A DNA stretch of 64,000 nt, from positions 1 through 64,000 of IMG/VR virus record IMGVR_UViG_3300013121_000024. One strand, given 5' to 3'. Both the position numbers and the translations under genes were made by a program. This DNA comes from a virus. Taxonomy: Duplodnaviria > Caudoviricetes. Of the stretch, positions 57,562 through 64,000 are shown one piece after another. Position 1 is the stretch's first letter; every line of letters starts with the position of its first letter. The notes under the pieces are model-generated. The model was not told the origin of the DNA and did no database searches. It was given only the letters and a program-made list of their open reading frames with translations.

Positions 57562-57639
57562 TGGCGCTCCTGACAGGACTCGAACCTGTATCTATCCATT
57601 ATGCACCAGTCGCTTAGAAGGCGCGGCCAATACAGGAGC
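57562..57639 (-). tRNA. D-arm-less tRNA-like gene, anticodon TCT (Arg AGA)
   Basis: GCTCCTG-TATTGGC-CGCGC-CTTCTAA-GCG..-long variable region-ACAGG TTCGAGT CCTGT-CAGGAGC-G-CCA. Confidence 0.7.
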
Positions 57640-57643
57640 AAAT

Positions 57644-57735
57644 TGGTAGGCGTCCAGGGATTTGAACCCTGCCGTGAACGGTAATCTGCCGCTAAAGAGT
57701 TTATAAATCTCTCCTGCGCACCAGCGCCGACGCCC
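57644..57735 (-). tRNA. Atypical long-variable-arm tRNA, anticodon TAT (Ile AUA)
   Basis: GGGCGTC acceptor, mini D arm GCGC-TGGT-GCGC, loop TTTATAA, variable stem AGCGG/CCGTT, T arm, CCA. Confidence 0.7.
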
Positions 57736-57744
57736 ATGTTCTAT

Positions 57745-58203
57745 TTATTTAGACTCATTCTTTAACAAAGAGTCTGTGTAATTGTGTAATTCATCTTGCA
57801 ACTCACCGGAAAGAATATCAAAATCACGTTCAGAAAGAGCCTTCATATCCCCAATGGTAGCTTCGAGCGTGGTAATATAATCCTCTTGCGACGATGTTTT
57901 AGTCTTTAGTATATCTATAACATTTTCAAGTATAGAAAGAGCATTTAGTGCACCCCTGGCATTGAATAGGTCATACGCACTGGCTTGCCGTGAAACAGAT
58001 TCACGTTTTGCTTCATCGATGGTTAATTTACCCTCAGCCTCTAACCTTTTAAACGCAGAACTGAAAGGCCGAGATACCGGCATCATTAAAACTAACAAGG
58101 CGCGGATACCATCCATGCCGTACGGCATAGCCGTCTCTGCGTTGGTTGAGGTGTTGGTTTCAGTGTCCAAGTTTTCTGCGTTCATAATAAACTCTCCATG
58201 CAT
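57745..58203 (-). CDS. Hypothetical helical protein
   Basis: 152 aa ORF downstream of a sigma70-like promoter. Confidence 0.6.
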   Translation of the reverse strand: MHGEFIMNAENLDTETNTSTNAETAMPYGMDGIRALLVLMMPVSRPFSSAFKRLEAEGKLTIDEAKRESVSRQASAYDLFNARGALNALSILENVIDILKTKTSSQEDYITTLEATIGDMKALSERDFDILSGELQDELHNYTDSLLKNESK

Positions 58204-58243
58204 TAGGACTAAATTATAGTATTTTCATTCACTTAGTTTTTTT

Positions 58244-58272
58244 ACTGTAATATATTTGTGCTACCCTGTCAA
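58244..58272 (-). promoter_or_regulatory. Sigma70-like early promoter
   Basis: TTGACA-N17-TACAGT. Confidence 0.65.
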
Positions 58273-58303
58273 CCAGTAATTTTCGTCAAGTCTTTCAATG
58301 AGA

Positions 58304-58394
58304 TGGCGGAGGGCATCGTTCCCGCCACGAAGGCCAAATTAGAAGGCCCGCAACGCTTTCCAGGCGTGCCCGGGTCTCACCCGGTTTACCCTCC
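58304..58394 (-). tRNA. tRNA-Ser(GGA)
   Basis: Loop CTGGAAA, long variable arm, G discriminator + CCA. Atypical T loop. Confidence 0.75.
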
Positions 58395-58405
58395 ACAAAC
58401 AAGAA

Positions 58406-58496
58406 TGGAGGAAAAGTGGTGGTCTCGATCCCCAGTCCCGCAAAGGACCCAATCGCTTTCGAGGCGATGCCGGCGCGCCTGTCCGGTTACTTTTCC
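58406..58496 (-). tRNA. tRNA-Ser(CGA)
   Basis: ATCGC-CTCGAAA-GCGAT, long variable arm, CCA. Confidence 0.8.
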
Positions 58497-58517
58497 ATTA
58501 TTTTTTGTTCAGGATGT

Positions 58518-58766
58518 TCAGGAATTCCAATTTTCATCCTGAACAAAATCTTTAAAGGTGGAATTCTTCATTGATGGAGTTCGCATACTCCACCAATCTC
58601 TTCCATCTTGATTAAGGAAATATTCAAAATTGGCTTCCGGATTCATAGAATTTTCAATTTGACGACACGTATATAAAAACATCTGTTGTAGTTCTATTAA
58701 TTGAACACAAACATCCTTATATTTATCATCTAAGGAACGCTCTATTCTTAGAGTTTCTTTGACCAT
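58518..58766 (-). CDS. Hypothetical protein
   Basis: 82 aa ORF with an AAGGA RBS, between tRNAs. Confidence 0.5.
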   Translation of the reverse strand: MVKETLRIERSLDDKYKDVCVQLIELQQMFLYTCRQIENSMNPEANFEYFLNQDGRDWWSMRTPSMKNSTFKDFVQDENWNS

Positions 58767-58921
58767 TTCTTAATTCCTTACATTTAGAAAAATATCTCGT
58801 ATAAAATTAGTCCTATCCCCACACAAAAACACAGTCCAAGAATACCCATTAATACAAGAAATACCATATCAATATACAGCATCGGCGTCACCAACATAAT
58901 TTAGTCTACTATTTCTAAAAT

Positions 58922-58999
58922 TGGTACCTACAATGGGATTTGAACCCATACTATTTCCCCCCTCAAAGGAACGTCTCCTACCAGTTGGACTATGTAGGC
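58922..58999 (-). tRNA. tRNA-Leu(GAG), short variable loop
   Basis: TTCCT-TTGAGGG-GGGAA, GGTTCAAATCC, ACCA. Confidence 0.8.
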
Positions 59000-59007
59000 A
59001 TTTATTT

Positions 59008-59085
59008 TGGTGTCCGGAGAGGGATTCGAACCCTCAGATTCTCTTGCTTCTGAGGCAAGCGACTTTGCCGTTTGTCCACCCGGAC
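59008..59085 (-). tRNA. tRNA-Leu(CAG), short variable loop
   Basis: CTTGC-CTCAGAA-GCAAG, GGTTCGAATCC, ACCA. Confidence 0.85.
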
Positions 59086-59099
59086 TCTTTTTTTCTCAA

Positions 59100-59175
59100 T
59101 GGAGGGATCGGTGGGAATCAAACCCACATAAAACAGTTTTGCAGACTGCGCTATAATCACTCTAGCCACGATCCC
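59100..59175 (-). tRNA. tRNA-Cys(GCA)
   Basis: GCAGT-CTGCAAA-ACTGT, U discriminator + CCA. Confidence 0.85.
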
Positions 59176-59182
59176 GTTAATT

Positions 59183-59257
59183 TGGTCTAAACCGCGCGAG
59201 TCGAACGCGCACCTCTCACGCCCCAAACGTGATGGACTACCATTATCCCACGTTTAG
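59183..59257 (-). tRNA. tRNA-Pro(TGG)
   Basis: TCACG-TTTGGGG-CGTGA, CCA. Confidence 0.85.
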
Positions 59258-59286
59258 AATAGTCTTTATTTTTTCTCCTTCTAAGA

Positions 59287-59363
59287 TGGTCCGCGGCGCC
59301 GGATTCGAACCGACGATCTCCTGTTCCCGAAACAGGCGGATTACCTGCCTTTCCTAGCCGCGG
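59287..59363 (-). tRNA. tRNA-Pro(CGG)
   Basis: CCTGT-TTCGGGA-ACAGG, GGTTCGAATCC, CCA. Confidence 0.88.
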
Positions 59364-59580
59364 CTATATTATGAAGCTTGCCAATGATGGCCAATTTCTG
59401 CCACCAATTGAGCTTATGGTTCTTTTTAATATACAACTTCATTTGTTTGATGGTATATTTAGCATCAAACAAATTTGTGGAAAGAAATATTCTACGTTGT
59501 TTTTCTTTTTTTAGTTCAGCCTGTAATTTTGCATTTTCTTCCTGTAAAGAAATAAAAAGTTGTCTGAGACTTCCTCTCAT
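59341..59580 (-). CDS. Basic coiled-coil hypothetical protein
   Basis: 79 aa, AAGG RBS. 3' end overlaps tRNA-Pro(CGG). Confidence 0.45.
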   Translation of the reverse strand: MRGSLRQLFISLQEENAKLQAELKKEKQRRIFLSTNLFDAKYTIKQMKLYIKKNHKLNWWQKLAIIGKLHNIAAARKGR

Positions 59581-59595
59581 GTTTACCTTCTGAAT

Positions 59596-59683
59596 TGGAG
59601 GATCCGGTCGGACTCGAACCGACGGTGAGCTTTCGCTACCAGATTAAGAGTCTGGTGCCCTCGCCACTAGGCTAGACGGATCC
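59596..59683 (-). tRNA. tRNA-Lys(CTT) with long variable arm
   Basis: CCAGA-CTCTTAA-TCTGG, variable hairpin AGC-GAAA-GCT, T arm, CCA. Confidence 0.85.
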
Positions 59684-59692
59684 GTTTTTTAA

Positions 59693-59995
59693 CTATTTAG
59701 AACGTTTAAACTCCTCATACAAGCAATCTGCCTGATAAAGTGTTGCCAATAGATTAAGCCGATCAACGGGGTTCATAGAATGAACCTTCCATTGAGGAGG
59801 CCTTACACCATCATGAGACAAACGTTCTATTTCCATTGCTACCGGCATAGAAGTATCTTCACCACCGAGGTCATGGTCAAAGGAAATAATAGAAACCATG
59901 CCCGTTTTCAACACCAAAAGTGCATCATGGGAAGTTTTGGCCCAATGCCAAGAACCATCCGGTGGAGTCCTAATATCATCTATCCATAACTTCAT
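59693..59995 (-). CDS. Cyclic-phosphate-processing receiver domain protein
   Basis: LWIDDIR.PP, ISFDHDLG and HS.NP motifs. Confidence 0.8.
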   Translation of the reverse strand: MKLWIDDIRTPPDGSWHWAKTSHDALLVLKTGMVSIISFDHDLGGEDTSMPVAMEIERLSHDGVRPPQWKVHSMNPVDRLNLLATLYQADCLYEEFKRSK

Positions 59996-60024
59996 TGCAC
60001 ATCTCTATCTTCATCATATTGTTA

Positions 60025-60053
60025 ACTATACCAGCATAAGGTTGGTATGTCAA
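60025..60053 (-). promoter_or_regulatory. Sigma70-like early promoter
   Basis: TTGACA-N17-TATAGT. Confidence 0.72.
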
Positions 60054-60088
60054 TAACAAAAATCATAGAAATATCAATTTGTTAAGTA

Positions 60089-60271
60089 CTATATTGTTTC
60101 CACATTGGATATATCACATCCGTGGCGCCTTACACCAAATAACTTATCCAGGAAGTATCCTATTGGACCCACCCGTTTAGCACACAACGGACACTGATCA
60201 GGAACGACTACGGGAGCCCGCAGGTGCAGGCACCCGATATCAGTAACCACCCTTCGTTTGATAAACCACAT
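60089..60271 (-). CDS. Small Cys-containing hypothetical protein
   Basis: 60 aa, CPLC motif. Confidence 0.4.
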   Translation of the reverse strand: MWFIKRRVVTDIGCLHLRAPVVVPDQCPLCAKRVGPIGYFLDKLFGVRRHGCDISNVETI

Positions 60272-60273
60272 GA

Positions 60274-60744
60274 CTAGGCAGCCAACAGGTGGTCAGCGGC
60301 ATGTGTAGCAGCCCAAGCAGCCGGTTTTATCTCCGGACTAATGTCACATGTACCTTTGATATAACCGATGGCCTGTTGTACAACCTCGTTAGAGGCATAC
60401 CGCGGATTCGGATTGATATCCAGGTGCAGTTGGACTTCCCGATTAATTAGAACGTCATAGAGTGATAGATACATTTCCGACACTTTGTAACATTCTTGCA
60501 TCAATCGGTAATTCGGCTTTGGTTTACGGCCTGTAGCATAATCCTTTTCGGTTGTGATTTCATGAAAAATCTTACAACCATTCTTACCATTTATATGCAC
60601 AACGACAACGAGGCAATAATCGGCTACCCATTCACCATACTTCTTATATCTTTGGCTATCACAACCAATGTAAACCTTGGATTCCGGGCTTTGCTTATCG
60701 ATAAAAGATTTCACTTCTTCTAAGTCTAATTTTTTCCGTGCCAT
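60274..60744 (-). CDS. RNase H-like YkuK (DUF458) protein
   Basis: YIGCDSQ, RL..E, HLDIN, KP.AWAA..AAD motifs. Confidence 0.85.
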   Translation of the reverse strand: MARKKLDLEEVKSFIDKQSPESKVYIGCDSQRYKKYGEWVADYCLVVVVHINGKNGCKIFHEITTEKDYATGRKPKPNYRLMQECYKVSEMYLSLYDVLINREVQLHLDINPNPRYASNEVVQQAIGYIKGTCDISPEIKPAAWAATHAADHLLAA

Positions 60745-60778
60745 ATCAATTCACCCTGTTTTTTGCCTTTCTTTAGTG

Positions 60779-61582
60779 CTAGTTTGATTTTGGATCCCTA
60801 TCAGCGGTTCTGATAGTCCAAAAATCATTACATAACTCTGGATTATTTATGTGTTTATACTGCATATAATAGTATCCTTTATCACCACTCTCAAGTCCCC
60901 AAGAATTACGTACAATAAAGACTTTCTTAGTATCATCATATCCGACTAATAATACAGCATGACCACCCAAGGACTCATCATTATTCACATTTGGATAAGG
61001 CACATAACCACCATTAGAATCGGCCTCATAGAAAGAACTATATACGCTAAAACCAAATACTACCAGGTGGCCAGCGGCAAGGCAAGATTTAATATCTTCA
61101 AGCCTTTCATTGTGGATACGATAATAATCAGCAATTCTGTTGCGCAAGGCCACGTTGTATAGAGCACGCGGAGGCTGTTCGAATATCTTTTCTTCCTGGA
61201 ATGGCCATGAATCTTCAGATACATAACCATCATTAGAAAGAGTCTTAATCACATCACGGATTTCAGCTCCATTATCGAATTCCACACTATTCTCTATAAC
61301 TCGGGTATTATAATACATGAATAATCTTGAAGGTGCCATGTCAGGCATCTTGTGTATTCTACGCCCAAATTGTAATAAAGGACTTATAGCCTGTGCCGTA
61401 CAAGAGGAAGTTTCACCTTGATCGAAAATGATAGGCATATTCTTACCACGGTGATCGACTATTTTTGGTAGTGTTCTTTTTCTGTCTGCTGCTAATTTGT
61501 GTTCATGATATTTACGATCGCGAAAATCTGGACGGTCTCTTAACCAACCAAAATTGGTTGGTTTGTGTATGGTTTTTCCCAT
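60779..61582 (-). CDS. Papain-family (C1A) cysteine peptidase
   Basis: DQG.TSSCTA, SRLF.YYN.R, GGHAV..VGYDD and RNSWG motifs. Confidence 0.92.
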   Translation of the reverse strand: MGKTIHKPTNFGWLRDRPDFRDRKYHEHKLAADRKRTLPKIVDHRGKNMPIIFDQGETSSCTAQAISPLLQFGRRIHKMPDMAPSRLFMYYNTRVIENSVEFDNGAEIRDVIKTLSNDGYVSEDSWPFQEEKIFEQPPRALYNVALRNRIADYYRIHNERLEDIKSCLAAGHLVVFGFSVYSSFYEADSNGGYVPYPNVNNDESLGGHAVLLVGYDDTKKVFIVRNSWGLESGDKGYYYMQYKHINNPELCNDFWTIRTADRDPKSN

Positions 61583-61675
61583 ATTGTTATCTCCTGAATG
61601 TATATTCAATTACAGGAGTTATTTATTATGAATCACATCTTATTCGATTTAAATTTTAATACCCGATTGAACGAT

Positions 61676-61792
61676 CTAGTTGACAACCAAATAAATGTTT
61701 GAGTAAAGGCTTACACCCACCGGTGATATATCTTTGGCGATAGTCCAGTAAACGACCGAGTAAACGGCCGAATATTCGAAATTGTTATCCAC
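61676..61792 (-). CDS. Degenerate xSAV unit (38 aa)
   Basis: Manual translation: MDNNFEYSAVYSVVYWTIAKDISPVGVSLYSNIYLVVN*. Confidence 0.45.
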   Translation of the reverse strand: MDNNFEYSAVYSVVYWTIAKDISPVGVSLYSNIYLVVN

Positions 61793-61801
61793 TATACCTC
61801 A

Positions 61802-62017
61802 TTATCTAACAGCCCAGGAAACGGTCGAGTAAACGGCTGAGCCAACGGCTGAGCCAACGGCCGAGTAAACGGCCGAGCTAACGGCCGAGTAAACAGTCGA
61901 ACGAACGACCGAGCCAACGTCCCAGTCAACGGCCGAGCTAACGGCCGAGTTAACGGCTGCGTAAACGGCCGAGGAAACGTCTGAACAAACGGCCGAATAT
62001 TTGAAATTGTTATCCAC
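61802..62017 (-). CDS. xSAV repeat mini-protein
   Basis: Leader MDNNFKYS, GAGGT RBS. Confidence 0.65.
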   Translation of the reverse strand: MDNNFKYSAVCSDVSSAVYAAVNSAVSSAVDWDVGSVVRSTVYSAVSSAVYSAVGSAVGSAVYSTVSWAVR

Positions 62018-62023
62018 TATACC

Positions 62024-62326
62024 TCATGATCTAACAGTCGAGTTAACGGCTGAGTTAATGGCCGAGCCAACGGCTGAATTGAGGGCCCGGTAAACGGATG
62101 AGAAAACGGCCGAGTCAACGGCCGAGCGAACGGCCAAGCTAACGGCCGAGTCAACGGCCGAGTAAACGGCCGAGCGAACGGTCCAGTAAACGGCCGAGTC
62201 AACGGCCGAGTCAAGGGCCGAGTAAACGGCCGAGTCAACGGCCGAGTCAAGGGCCGAGCCAACGGCCGAGTAAACGGCTGAGCTAACGGCCGAGTCAACG
62301 GCCGAATATTTGAAATTGTTATCCAC
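62024..62326 (-). CDS. xSAV repeat mini-protein
   Basis: Leader MDNNFKYS, GAGGT RBS. Confidence 0.65.
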   Translation of the reverse strand: MDNNFKYSAVDSAVSSAVYSAVGSALDSAVDSAVYSALDSAVDSAVYWTVRSAVYSAVDSAVSLAVRSAVDSAVFSSVYRALNSAVGSAINSAVNSTVRS

Positions 62327-62333
62327 TTATACC

Positions 62334-62564
62334 TCATGATCTAACGGCCGAGTCAACGGCCGAGCGAACGGCCAAGCTAACGGCCGAGTCAACGGCCGAG
62401 CGAACGGCCAAGCTAACGGCCGAGTCAACGGCCGAGTAAACGGCTGAGCTAACGGCCGAGTCAACGGCCGAGTAAACGGCTGAGCTAACGGCCGAGTCAA
62501 CGGCCGAGTAAACGGCTGAGCTAACGGCTAAGTTAACGGCCGAATATTCGAAATTGTTATCCAC
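62334..62564 (-). CDS. xSAV repeat mini-protein
   Basis: Leader MDNNFEYS, GAGGT RBS. Confidence 0.65.
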   Translation of the reverse strand: MDNNFEYSAVNLAVSSAVYSAVDSAVSSAVYSAVDSAVSSAVYSAVDSAVSLAVRSAVDSAVSLAVRSAVDSAVRS

Positions 62565-62571
62565 TTATACC

Positions 62572-62826
62572 TCATGATCTAACGGCCGAGATAACGGCCG
62601 AACGAACGGTTAAGGCAACAGCCGAGCCGACGGAGGCACCGGCGGCCGAGCGAACGACCGAGCCAACGACCGAGGCAACGGCCGAGTCAACGGCTGAGTA
62701 AACGGCTGAGCTAACGGCCGAGTCAACGGTAGAGTAAACAGCCGAGTAAACAGCCGAGTCAACGGCCGAGTAAACGGCTGAGCTAACGGCTAAGTTAACG
62801 GCCGAATATTCGAAATTGTTATCCAC
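62572..62826 (-). CDS. xSAV repeat mini-protein
   Basis: Leader MDNNFEYS, GAGGT RBS. Confidence 0.65.
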   Translation of the reverse strand: MDNNFEYSAVNLAVSSAVYSAVDSAVYSAVYSTVDSAVSSAVYSAVDSAVASVVGSVVRSAAGASVGSAVALTVRSAVISAVRS

Positions 62827-62919
62827 TTATACCTCATGATCTAACAGTCGAGGAAACGGTCGAGGCCTCACACTTCAGTGGAACTCAGTAGTTCTCCCAG
62901 TAAATGGTCTGAATATTTT

Positions 62920-63675
62920 TTATAAGTTGGCAGCCTGTACATGCATCCAATCAAAATCTCTAGTTCTTCCGAGAGACGTCCAACCCTCAGATTCCCACAA
63001 TTCCCACCATTTGTTATATTCCGGTTGAGCAAATCTGGCTTTACGGTGATCCAATCTCATTTCATTATGCTCGGCATCCCAATCGATTGCTATTCCCCAT
63101 GAGTGCATGCTGTATGAGTTACCACCTCTCATCTTTCGAACATTTAAGCTACCAGACCAAAGATCGAGACCAAGTCGCCTAATTTCATCGATGCCATAGT
63201 GTTTAAGGACCGCCTTGAGTACTCTATTTGCACTAGGAGCGACTTTCTTGTGTAAAGAGAACCGCTCTACTAATATTTTTGGAGACCAAGAAATCTTACA
63301 CTGATAAGGCAACTCTAACATAACCTGGTTCTCACCCACATCACCATAAAATTCATAAACATCTTTTTGGAAAGGCCATTGGTTATCTGTTGTGTTATTT
63401 ACTTCTGAACTTTTACCGGAGTCTCTTACTTGTTGATTTTGGAATTCTTCAAGTGCCTTATAATAAACTGGGCCCATAAACCCATCTATGCGGCCACTAT
63501 AAAAACTGGACATCATGACCTGTTGGACACCGACTGATAGTCGTGCATTGTTCCAGCCATCGGTATCAACGCCTCGTGATTCTAGTAAATCTTTGGCGGC
63601 CTCTCGTGTCTTAGGACCCCATTTGCCATCCGGAACCTGTCCCAGAAACTCCTGTACCTGTCTACTAGCAATCAC
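62920..63675 (-). CDS. M15 peptidase with peptidoglycan-binding domains (endolysin)
   Basis: DG.WGP.T and IDG..GP PG-binding motifs; R..RGG..SMHSWGIAID and DWMHVQ M15 motifs. Start reassigned to GTG 63675 (AAGGA RBS) because the longer ORF runs through tRNA-Ala. Confidence 0.9.
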   Translation of the reverse strand: MIASRQVQEFLGQVPDGKWGPKTREAAKDLLESRGVDTDGWNNARLSVGVQQVMMSSFYSGRIDGFMGPVYYKALEEFQNQQVRDSGKSSEVNNTTDNQWPFQKDVYEFYGDVGENQVMLELPYQCKISWSPKILVERFSLHKKVAPSANRVLKAVLKHYGIDEIRRLGLDLWSGSLNVRKMRGGNSYSMHSWGIAIDWDAEHNEMRLDHRKARFAQPEYNKWWELWESEGWTSLGRTRDFDWMHVQAANL

Positions 63676-63704
63676 CGTGATATCCTTTTTGTTTTTATTG
63701 AAAT

Positions 63705-63780
63705 TGGTGGAGCCTAAGGGGATCGAACCCTTCCCTCCGCATTGCAAGTGCGGCGCGCCGCCCACGGCCACTGAGACCCC
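63705..63780 (-). tRNA. tRNA-Ala(TGC)
   Basis: GGGG acceptor with G3.U70, CCGCA-CTTGCAA-TGCGG, ACCA. Confidence 0.85.
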
Positions 63781-63786
63781 ATTAAA

Positions 63787-63936
63787 TGGTATGCGAAACA
63801 GGATTTGATACCTGTAATGTCCATCGTCCATTGCATTTATACTATCCTAAAGTTATCCTAGGTTCTCAGGATACTTAATACAACGCCAACAAACCTCCCG
63901 GCTAACCCGGGCGAGTCTACATTCCTCCATTCGCAT
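63787..63936 (-). ncRNA. 150-nt tRNA-like RNA with large insertion
   Basis: ATGCGAA/TTCGCAT acceptor + ACCA, D-like arm GAG..CTC, CCCGG-GTTAG-CCGGG hairpin, about 80-nt insert, T-like arm ACAGG-TATCAAAT-CCTGT. Confidence 0.65.
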
Positions 63937-64000
63937 GTAAAATGTTGAGATAAACCAGTCAAGATTTGAACTTGTCCTCCTCCTTTATGTTTATGGGAGG

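Larger units (their letters stand above)
61676..62915 (-). repeat. Array 2 of xSAV mini-genes (4 full units, 1 degenerate unit, 1 remnant)
   Basis: Units at 62572-62826, 62334-62564, 62024-62326, 61802-62017, degenerate 61676-61792, remnant about 62833-62915. Junction AGAT(C/A)ATGAGGTAT(A)AGTGGATAACAATTTC(G/A)AATATTCGGCC. Confidence 0.9.

Noticed and set aside
57549-59226. ORFs 57549-57737, 58258-58542, 58921-59190 and 59002-59226
   Set aside because: They are translations across tRNA genes.
62017-62337. Alternative-frame Arg/Pro-rich ORFs (TRPL/TRPF repeats; also 43270-43479)
   Set aside because: Shadow frames of the 12-bp repeat. They are interrupted by stops in other units and lack the consistent RBS-start arrangement of the xSAV frame.
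63676-63831. N-terminal extension of the M15 endolysin in the ORF track
   Set aside because: It overlaps tRNA-Ala and the tRNA-like RNA. A GTG with a good RBS at 63675 is the more plausible start.

Overview
64 kb segment of a large T4-like (Tevenvirinae-superfamily) myophage with a mostly AT-rich genome. The host is very likely an alphaproteobacterium, based on a permuted two-piece tmRNA with tag ANDN...LAA and a GapR homolog. 1-28.6 kb is the tail/baseplate module: fibre-like gene, two DUF4815/VrlC-type genes, gp8, gp7, gp6, gp25, split gp5, gp27-like hub, gp53, two gp48 paralogs, gp4, an ADP-ribosyltransferase, PAAR, gp2, gp54, gp26/gp51 with a probable -1 frameshift, and a multi-enzyme tape-measure-like protein. 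28.6-56 kb holds replication, late-transcription and accessory genes (gp32, gp59, gp33, speD, tmRNA, gapR, GH25 lysin, thyA, DUF932, Cas4-like nuclease, phoH, rnh, glycosyltransferase, nucleotidyltransferase, phosphoesterases, AAA ATPase, GH114). 57-64 kb is a tRNA cluster with several non-canonical tRNAs. The most unusual elements are (1) two GC-rich arrays (42.1-43.5 kb and 61.7-62.9 kb) of tandem mini-genes built from a 12-bp GTT-NNC-TCG-GCC unit (x-S-A-V peptide repeats), whose variation is concentrated at the only two positions where the consensus can carry adenine and which share an identical 76-bp block; and (2) two D-arm-less, long-variable-arm tRNA-like genes for AGA/AGG, an atypical tRNA-Ile(UAU) and a 150-nt tRNA-like RNA. 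All family assignments come from motif recognition and synteny by eye; no database searches were run.
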